A stretch of 42,225 nt of DNA, taken from an uncultured Gammaproteobacteria bacterium. GTDB taxonomy: Bacteria; Patescibacteriota; Microgenomatia; UBA10105. Positions 17,901-23,556 of the stretch are shown in pieces. The stretch covers positions 1 to 42,225 of the forward strand of contig CAYLWN010000004.1 of assembly GCA_964387625.1 (NCBI GenBank), written 5' to 3'. Position 1 is the stretch's first letter; every line of letters starts with the position of its first letter. Under the pieces are notes generated by a model that was not told the DNA's origin, ran no database searches, and saw only the letters and a program-made list of their open reading frames with translations. The position numbers were made by a program, and so were the translations under genes.

Positions 17901-18020
17901 TTAAATACAGAAAAAGAAAATTTAATCAAAATTGCTCAAGAGATTAGTGATTCAGACTATAAATGCTCAGGTCATAAATTTTGCGAAAATTGTGAATATG
18001 TATTGTGGTGTGGAATCTAA
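14907..18020 (+). CDS. UvrD/Rep-type SF1 helicase fused to a C-terminal PD-(D/E)XK nuclease with a Cas4/AddB-like 4-Cys cluster
   Basis: AGAGTGKTT (Walker A), VDEFQDTN, VVGDDNQSIYKFRGA, LTTHSSKGLEFPVVF, YVGMTRAR. C-terminal domain: first Cys in FKTCPLHYKL, GKIDRVD, IIDYKTG, then C-x5-C-x2-C in CSGHKFCENCEYVLWC. Contains several repeat-derived in-frame segments (see findings). Confidence 0.9.
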   Translation: MKLNSEQKKAVRFGFGPLLIIAGAGTGKTTVITERIKNLIIKQNIKPQEILALTFTEKAALEMETRVDTAMPYGYTQMWISTFHKFCDRILRNEAVHIGLNPGYKLFTDTDATMLFRKNLFKLNLEYFRPLGNPGKFIAGILQHFSRLQDEDISPTQYLAWCNDKFQMTNDKKNEENVLEQKKYQELANAYKFYADLKIQENVMDFGDLISNALQLFRTRKNILKKYQSQFKFVLVDEFQDTNIAQYELIKLLAPLNPLSASRRSSPNLTVVGDDNQSIYKFRGAAISNILHFQKDYKNCQQIVLRKNYRSYQYILDSSRKLIKHNDPDTLEAKLGISKNLTAVRKTADFHKIEFIHENRVEDEAEVVAKKIKELKSSVILNRVKDLPIDTMLKEDSSSSSQNDRKWSDFAILVRANNHAESFIRALGRASIPYQFLGPAKLYRQPEVKELIAYLQVLNDFTDNSAFFKVLSMPFFDISQRDLIAISNWAKRNQLSIFEGVEIITGVRIDEKLQLPFISDLTREKITKLVKMILNHLKLTNKETAGQILFYFLENSGMLKNILEFKTPIDERQAGNITKFFNKLKSYEAEHEDASVIAVLDWLMLSMELGESPQAQDMDWTDNDAVNILTTHSSKGLEFPVVFLVNLVSQRFPSTERHEQIPIPEELIKEVLPIGDFHLEEERRLFYVGMTRARDLLYLTAANYYGEGKREKKISPFVSEALDKNFSFEKNPKTINQLSLLDWGKSLNPEQSRRTQDKLHIHGERSRTINYLSFSQIEAFKTCPLHYKLRYILKIPTPPSPALSFGSSMHATLKNIYEIVRQKIKINHETLEQLLEKNWIREGYGNKSYENLMKARGKKYLWQYFKKEFDPKTKVLLLEEKFMFPISYSSNSVLPNEKLLKISSRSAKQDSNNKFLKIGGKIDRVDDLGKGIIEIIDYKTGRVPSKREVDKDLQMSIYALAATEIPHLPFAKKPEQIKLSFYYFDTQEKVSTVRTQDQLNTEKENLIKIAQEISDSDYKCSGHKFCENCEYVLWCGI
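16040..16119 (+). repeat. Family C ORF-less derivative (MITE-like) in-frame inside the helicase-nuclease gene
   Basis: gtcatcctgaac-aga-gtgaaggatct ... agattcttcgtc-ttcgt-ctcagaatgac. Both arms match the GIY-YIG cassette ends almost base for base apart from the inner hairpins. Translated as SVILNRVKDLPIDTMLKEDSSSSSQND. Confidence 0.8.
17159..17222 (+). repeat. Family C-like hairpin fragments within the helicase-to-nuclease linker coding region
   Basis: atcctgag-caaagtcgaagga-ctcaggat (perfect 8-bp inverted repeat) and atggt-gagcgaagccga-accat. A GC-rich patch in an AT-rich gene, translated as PEQSRRTQD...HGERSRT. Confidence 0.5.
17568..17651 (+). repeat. Family A element (A2), 84 bp, in-frame in the nuclease domain of the helicase-nuclease gene
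   Basis: Encodes YSSNSVLPNEKLLKISSRSAKQDSNNKF. Manual base-by-base comparison shows it is the exact reverse complement of 18492-18575. Confidence 0.9.
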
Positions 18021-18044
18021 CTATTACTTTCTTTGCATGAGTTT

Positions 18045-18175
18045 TATAAAAGCTCGTATACAAAATTTTCTTGTTCCGCAACTCGATCGGGATGAAGCAT
18101 TACACTATTAAATAAAGTAATCGGCCCTCCTGACAATGCGAACTGCGAAAATTTCATATTACTCGCCTTTATAAA
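18045..18175 (+). repeat. Family B long imperfect-palindrome element (B2)
   Basis: aaagctcgtatacaaaattttc...gttccgcaac tcgatcgggatgaa...ttaaataaagtaatcggccctc...tgcgaac...gaaaatttcatattactcgcc. Confidence 0.65.
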
Positions 18176-18215
18176 GAATAAGAAAAATTACAAAAAATAC
18201 TTCAGGGGTTATTAA

Positions 18216-19127
18216 TTATAAATTTATTTTGAATGATTGGGGGAAATAAATTTCTTTACCTCCAAAACCGGATTTGAATTTGGAAAATCCTAACCATTCT
18301 TTATTTAATTTTTCGTAACGTTCGTCATATATACCTTCAAAATCAAAATTTGTGCAATTCATTTTTTTTGCCTTTTTTAAACTTTCCCAAATCAGAAGAG
18401 TTGGTGCAAAATTTTGTTTGCCCGCGTTTGACGCGGCTGCCATCCAATAATAAGCAGTATTTTGCCAGATGAGAATTAAGACTCCGGCGATAAATTTATT
18501 GTTCGAGTCCTGCTTTGCAGAACGAGAACTAATCTTTAATAACTTCTCATTCGGTAAAACCGAATTCGAAGAATAATGAGCAATGTTTATCTTTGCCAAT
18601 AATATAAAAGCATTATTTGGTGCAAAAGTTTTCCATATTGGTTTAAGAGTTTGTGTAGTTAAAAATCCCAAAAATCCGGCTGATGAACCTTTAAGTTTAA
18701 TAAAATCTTCAATGTTATTAGAGTGAAATATTTCAACACCCAAATTTTGCGCCCGTCTAACTGCTTTTCTTTTAGCTCCTGAAAATTTATTAAATATTTC
18801 TGACTCATCAGGAAGTAAATCAATAAAAATTGTTTTTGTAGGTAAAAATGGAGACGTCAATGATTTTAAATTAGAGATTGCCACGTCGTCCTTTGGACTC
18901 CTCGCAATGACATTAGGCTCGACGGAAATTGAATGGCTATGATATTTTTGCATTAATAGTTTTAGTTTATTTAACTGAGGCAATTTATCAGATCTTTGCA
19001 ATTTCATAACTGCAGGTAATAATGGAAGTTTTTTAATAAAAATATTTACCCCATCAATATTTTCCACATTCCACCCAATTTTATTCATGAACTGAGCATA
19101 TGTTGAAGATTGATGTATGTCTTGCAT
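18216..19127 (-). CDS. FemAB/MurM-family aminoacyl-tRNA-dependent peptidoglycan peptidyltransferase (paralog 1)
   Basis: Colinear with paralog 2: VEPNV, KRKAVRRAQNLGVEI, YYWMAAASNAG, FDFEGI, GFSKFKSGFGG. The ORF is open to 19172. The ATG at 19127 (MQDIHQS) aligns better with paralog 2. Confidence 0.8.
   Translation of the reverse strand: MQDIHQSSTYAQFMNKIGWNVENIDGVNIFIKKLPLLPAVMKLQRSDKLPQLNKLKLLMQKYHSHSISVEPNVIARSPKDDVAISNLKSLTSPFLPTKTIFIDLLPDESEIFNKFSGAKRKAVRRAQNLGVEIFHSNNIEDFIKLKGSSAGFLGFLTTQTLKPIWKTFAPNNAFILLAKINIAHYSSNSVLPNEKLLKISSRSAKQDSNNKFIAGVLILIWQNTAYYWMAAASNAGKQNFAPTLLIWESLKKAKKMNCTNFDFEGIYDERYEKLNKEWLGFSKFKSGFGGKEIYFPQSFKINL
18492..18575 (-). repeat. Family A element (A3), 84 bp, in-frame in Fem paralog 1
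   Basis: Exact reverse complement of 17568-17651. Encodes the same 28 aa in the minus-strand gene. Confidence 0.9.
18874..18911 (-). repeat. Solo family C arm, in-frame in Fem paralog 1
   Basis: The coding strand reads gtcattgcgaggagtccaaaggacgacgtggcaatctc (GTCAT...AATCTC with an inner hairpin). Translated as VIARSPKDDVAIS. Confidence 0.55.
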
Positions 19128-19173
19128 ATTTTTTCTTTCTACTTTCTTGCTTGTTGGGAAGAAAGTAAGCAAA

Positions 19174-19228
19174 CCTGCCTGCGCAGGCAGGGAAAGGAAA
19201 CCCGTGAACCTGCCTGCCGGCAGGCAGG
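19174..19228. repeat. Pair of GC-rich perfect palindromes (REP-like)
   Basis: cctgcctgcgcaggcagg (19174-19191) and cctgcctgccggcaggcagg (19209-19228), between the two fem genes. Confidence 0.85.
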
Positions 19229-19403
19229 GGTTTTTCTATTTTTCTAACTTCATAATTATCAGGTGGAACCTCGGACCAGTTGGCCGTCTCCGCACTTTAA
19301 TTACTCGTAAGAAAAATTTAGAAAAACACTTCAATGGCATTATAAATCATTTCAAGGGTTGATTAGAAGATAAAAAATTTCAAAAAATACCTCAAGGGTT
19401 GTT

Positions 19404-20420
19404 TTAGAAATTAATTTTGGTTTTTAATTTTAACAAACTCCAGCGGAGTTTATCTGCGATATTAAACAGCGAATAATGTGGTTGTTTTAAAATCAAATCA
19501 TAAGTGCCGATAAATTCTACCAGTTTAGGTGCATAGCCTAATTTAAATTTATGGAAACCATAGTAGTCATCGGTTATTTTAGGATCGGGACCTGGAGTTC
19601 CCCATAAATCAAAAATAGTTGCGCCCTGTTTTTTACCCCAACGCATAGCTTCCCACATCATTAAATTTGAAGCCATCACTTCTTTAAATTCTGAAGAAGA
19701 TGCGCCATATGGATAATACAAAATATTTTTATACAAAAATAAAATCCAGGTAACTAAAATTTTTCCCTGAAAACGGGCAGTGAATAAATGAGCTATATTA
19801 TTTTCTCTCATCATTTGCCACATTTGTTGATGATAATTATCATCATGAGCGTAAAATCCTTGACGAGAAGTTGTTTCATGAGTTAATTCTAAATATCTGG
19901 AAAATGCTTGATCAGTATTCTCTTCGGCAATTGTGACTCCACGTTTTTGAGCAAGTCTGACATTATATCTAGTTTTAGGATGCATATTAGCTAACAATTC
20001 TTCTTCAGTTTTTGTTAGATCAATTAAAAAAGTATATTTGGTAAATAAAGGCTTGGGAGAAGGTAATAATTTATAATTGATAATTGAGAATTTATAATTG
20101 TTATTAGATCTAATTACGTTAGGCTCCAATTTTATAAAAATTGCATTTTTTTCAAGACCTATATGAATAAGACTGTCAATCATTTGTTTGTCGGGCAATT
20201 TCCCTTTGGGAAAATATCCGATGGAATATGGTAGTTTTGGTAACTGGTGAAATGTAAGTTGAAATCCGGATAGTAATTTTTCGCCTTCAAAATTTCCTAT
20301 TCTAACCACTTCTACACCGGTTTTTTGACGAAAATTTCCCCAAGCCCATGATTGTAATGGGTGAGTTGCAATGTTTTCGTATGCGGTTTTATCTTCCTTA
20401 TTGAGTTCCCGAATCAACAT
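19404..20420 (-). CDS. FemAB/MurM-family aminoacyl-tRNA-dependent peptidoglycan peptidyltransferase (paralog 2)
   Basis: 338 aa. HPLQSWAWG, KLEPNV, HPKTRYNVRLAQKRGV, YYPYGASS, FDLWG, YGFHKFKLGY. Confidence 0.85.
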   Translation of the reverse strand: MLIRELNKEDKTAYENIATHPLQSWAWGNFRQKTGVEVVRIGNFEGEKLLSGFQLTFHQLPKLPYSIGYFPKGKLPDKQMIDSLIHIGLEKNAIFIKLEPNVIRSNNNYKFSIINYKLLPSPKPLFTKYTFLIDLTKTEEELLANMHPKTRYNVRLAQKRGVTIAEENTDQAFSRYLELTHETTSRQGFYAHDDNYHQQMWQMMRENNIAHLFTARFQGKILVTWILFLYKNILYYPYGASSSEFKEVMASNLMMWEAMRWGKKQGATIFDLWGTPGPDPKITDDYYGFHKFKLGYAPKLVEFIGTYDLILKQPHYSLFNIADKLRWSLLKLKTKINF

Positions 20421-20479
20421 AAATTTATTATACTTTATTTGTAATAAATTATGTCTATGTCTAATAGTGGAAATCGTTT

Positions 20480-20776
20480 TTAAAAAGTGCTACATTTAAA
20501 ATTAATGACGCAGAAAAATAGTTGGTTGCCTGTTGATGAAAGATTGGTTCCGGATATTTTTTCATTTAAATATCCTAAAAGCAAGTGGGTAAGAGTATTG
20601 ATTGCGCTGGAAATGATTTTATCTGTTGGAGCAGTTGTCGGCACTTTGCTTTTAGCCTTGATGCCAAAAACCTCAACCACTCCCAAAGAAACCAATGCAG
20701 CTACTACGACAATAAAGACAACCCCTAAACCAATTTTATACCGATAGCATTTGAAAAATGCATCGAGTATATACAC
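20480..20776 (-). CDS. Possible small membrane protein (weak call)
   Basis: 98-aa ORF with one TM (IGLGVVFIVVVAALVSLGVV) in an otherwise 430-bp gap. The start codon lies inside repeat D1, and a mirror ORF exists on the + strand. Confidence 0.25.
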   Translation of the reverse strand: MYILDAFFKCYRYKIGLGVVFIVVVAALVSLGVVEVFGIKAKSKVPTTAPTDKIISSAINTLTHLLLGYLNEKISGTNLSSTGNQLFFCVINFKCSTF

Positions 20777-20835
20777 GATTATCTTATTAGAGCAAAATTT
20801 TTCAAAAATTTTGCAAATTCGGAGAAGATCGGTAT
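20737..20835 (-). repeat. Family D hairpin element (D1)
   Basis: Perfect 9-bp termini tataccgat...atcggtata. Central perfect palindrome gcaaaattttt-g-aaaaattttgc. Its reverse complement is colinear with D2. Confidence 0.75.
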
Positions 20836-20851
20836 AAAATAAATTATTATT

Positions 20852-22654
20852 TTAGCTTTCTAAATTTTTAATCAAATCCTCAGATATTTCCGTGATAAAG
20901 CGGGATACAAAATTACTGGTAGTATTGCCAAAATATAAACGGCGTCTGGCAAATGTTAAATATAACTTATCTTTTGCCCGGGTAATACCGACATAACAAA
21001 GTCTTCTCTCTTCTTCCAATTCGCTATTATCCAAGAGTGCGCGGCTATGCGGAAACAGTCCTTCTTCCATGCCGATCATAAAAACCACCGGAAATTCTAA
21101 ACCTTTGGCTGCATGCATGGTCATCAAAGTCACTGCATTTTTTTTACCGTTATTTATTTTTTTTTGATCTTTGGACATATATTCAGCTTCAACTAGAGAC
21201 ACATTTTCCAAAAAATCCACTAAGTTAGTAAATTCTTTAGCAACGCTTTTTAATTCTTTGATATTTTCTATCCGCATCAAATCCTCTTCGTTTTTAGGAT
21301 CAAAAAAGTCCATGTATTTAGTAGTTTTTAAAACATCATTTAAAATATCAAAAGTTGTAGCATGAACATCAATTTTTGGTTGTAATTCCCGAAAGTCCTG
21401 AGCTCTTTTTTTACCAATTTTTTCAATCCGTTTATTTGCCACACTATCTTTAGGACTGATTAATAATTTCAAATATGAAAGCACATCTTTGATTTCTTTG
21501 CGATCATAAAACCTGACTCCACCGATCAAAACATAGGGAATACCTGCATGCAAAAAAACCTCTTCAATGACTCTGGATTGCGCATTAGTGCGATAAAGCA
21601 CTGCAACATCAGAGAAAAGTAATCGATTAATTTCAATTTCTGATAAAATAAATTCAGCTTCATCATGTTCATTTTTTGCAGAGAACGTATTTATTTTTTC
21701 TCCCTCAATGTTTTTGGTCCAGAGTTTTAAAACCGGGTGAGTGATATTTCTAGAAATTACTTCATAGGCCGCCCCTAAAATATTTTGTGTAGAACGATAA
21801 TTTTGCTCCAAATAAAAAGTTTTACAATTTTTAAAATCTTTTTGAAAATTAACTACATTTTGAAAATTAGCTCCCCGCCAGGCGTAAATTGATTGACTGG
21901 CATCTCCGACTACACATAAGTGATGTGATTGTTTGGAAAGTAATTTAGTCAGCGTGTATTGGGCGGTATTGGTATCCTGATATTCGTCAACCAGTATATA
22001 TTGATATTTTTGGGCATATTGTTCCAATATAGATGGTGCTTCTTTGAATAAATTTACAGCCATCATCAGCAAATCGTCAAAGTCCAATGCCATATTTTCG
22101 CGCAATAATTTTTGGTAACTTAAGTAAATTTGTGCCACTGCTTCTTGAAATCTGCCCCTGCCAATATTTAAATATTCCAAAGGACTGATTAATTCATTTT
22201 TAGCTTGCGATATTGTTCCCAAAATCGCATTAGGAGAAAAATATTTTTGGGAAATATCCAAAGATGTCATTACTTCTTTGACAGCCTCTTTTTGATCGGC
22301 ACTGTCATAAATCAAAAAACTAGGAGGAATACCGATATATTTACCATCTTTGCGTAAAATTTTTGCACACAGGGAATGATAAGTTCCGGCAAATGGCAGT
22401 TCGTAGTTCGAAGTTCGTAGTTCATAGTTATTAGTTAATAATTTCTTTATGCGTTCTCGCATTTCACCGGCTGCTTTGTTGGTAAACGTTACCATCAAAA
22501 TTTGATCAGGTGAAATATGTTTTTCTTTGATCAAGTAAACTACTTTATAAGTTAAGACACGGGTTTTACCAGAACCCGCACCAGCCAAAATTAATTCCGG
22601 TCCGGTAATATAGGCGACTGCTTTTTGTTGAGCTGGATTTAAATCTTGCAACAT
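20852..22654 (-). CDS. ATP-dependent DNA helicase PcrA/UvrD family (short, 600 aa)
   Basis: AGAGSGKTRV, VDEYQDTNTAQY, VVGDASQSIYAWRGA, NYRST, TMHAAKGLEFPVVF, YVGITRAK. Confidence 0.9.
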   Translation of the reverse strand: MLQDLNPAQQKAVAYITGPELILAGAGSGKTRVLTYKVVYLIKEKHISPDQILMVTFTNKAAGEMRERIKKLLTNNYELRTSNYELPFAGTYHSLCAKILRKDGKYIGIPPSFLIYDSADQKEAVKEVMTSLDISQKYFSPNAILGTISQAKNELISPLEYLNIGRGRFQEAVAQIYLSYQKLLRENMALDFDDLLMMAVNLFKEAPSILEQYAQKYQYILVDEYQDTNTAQYTLTKLLSKQSHHLCVVGDASQSIYAWRGANFQNVVNFQKDFKNCKTFYLEQNYRSTQNILGAAYEVISRNITHPVLKLWTKNIEGEKINTFSAKNEHDEAEFILSEIEINRLLFSDVAVLYRTNAQSRVIEEVFLHAGIPYVLIGGVRFYDRKEIKDVLSYLKLLISPKDSVANKRIEKIGKKRAQDFRELQPKIDVHATTFDILNDVLKTTKYMDFFDPKNEEDLMRIENIKELKSVAKEFTNLVDFLENVSLVEAEYMSKDQKKINNGKKNAVTLMTMHAAKGLEFPVVFMIGMEEGLFPHSRALLDNSELEEERRLCYVGITRAKDKLYLTFARRRLYFGNTTSNFVSRFITEISEDLIKNLES

Positions 22655-22713
22655 AATATTTTTTAATTAAAAAATTTCATATTGCTCGTCTTAAATGAAA
22701 CAAAAATGAAATC

Positions 22714-22731
22714 CCTGCTTGCGCAGGCAGG
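22714..22731. repeat. Third copy of the GC-rich palindrome
   Basis: cctgcttgcgcaggcagg, in the divergent pcrA/tpiA intergenic region. Confidence 0.8.
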
Positions 22732-22869
22732 TACACAAAACATTCTAAGAGTTAATATACTTTAACAGAAATATTTTTAATTTTTAATATGTATTTTGCT
22801 ATCTAATTTTTGATATTTAATTTATTAATTGTTCGCAAATAGAAATTATCTTTGCTACAATGTTTTTAT

Positions 22870-23556
22870 ATGAATAAAAACCAGCCCTTTTATATCATTG
22901 GTAATTGGAAAAGCAATAAAACTATTGATGAAGCAGTTGCCTGGTGGCAGGATTTTTCATATCTGTGGAAGAAAAACCCGCCTAATACCCAGAATTTAAA
23001 AATTATTTTATGCCCTTCTTTTATTCATTTAACCACCATCAAATCATTAATTGAATTAAGTGATATTCCCATGTCTTTAGGAGTACAAGATTTATCACCA
23101 TTTCCGTCAGGTCCTTATACTGCTGAAAATTCTGCTAATATGCTCAAAGGTTTGGTAAAATATTCAATTATCGGTCACTCTGAAAGACGCAAATATTTCG
23201 GTGAAAAAGATGATGAACTTAAAGCTGAGGTTGAGCAGGCAATTAAAGCAGGTATTGAGCCGATTTATTGCATTCAAGATGATAAGATGAGTTTTCCCAA
23301 AGAATGTAATATTGTGGCTTATGAACCTGTTTGGGCAATTGGTACAGGTAAGCCTGAAACAGCCGAAAATGCTAACCAAGTCGCTAAAAATATCAAAGCA
23401 CATGCACACAAACAATTAGCAGTGATTTATGGAGGTAGCGTAACGAGTGAAAATGTTTCTTCGTATGTTAACCAAGAAGATATTTCTGGTGTTTTACCTG
23501 GCGGTGCGAGTCTTGATCCTAAAAAATTTATCGGTATAATAGCTAACGCTAAATAA
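22870..23556 (+). CDS. tpiA: Triosephosphate isomerase
   Basis: GNWKSN, IGHSERR, AYEPVWAIGTG, YGGSV. The ATG at 22870 is preferred over the ORF-track start at 22852. Confidence 0.95.
   Translation: MNKNQPFYIIGNWKSNKTIDEAVAWWQDFSYLWKKNPPNTQNLKIILCPSFIHLTTIKSLIELSDIPMSLGVQDLSPFPSGPYTAENSANMLKGLVKYSIIGHSERRKYFGEKDDELKAEVEQAIKAGIEPIYCIQDDKMSFPKECNIVAYEPVWAIGTGKPETAENANQVAKNIKAHAHKQLAVIYGGSVTSENVSSYVNQEDISGVLPGGASLDPKKFIGIIANAK

Noticed and set aside
13171-18020. RmuC + small membrane protein + GIY-YIG nuclease + helicase-nuclease as a possible phage-defence island.
   Set aside because: RmuC and UvrD/AddB-like helicase-nucleases are ordinary repair genes in small genomes. The GIY-YIG gene is better explained as cargo of the inverted-repeat cassette. 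There are no other defence hallmarks such as methylases, ATPase-effector pairs or toxins.
19117-19362. ORF 19117-19362 (+), 81 aa.
   Set aside because: It is a translation of the GC-rich palindromes (PACAGRERKPVNLPAGRQG) in the fem intergenic region. It has no start context and no coding features.
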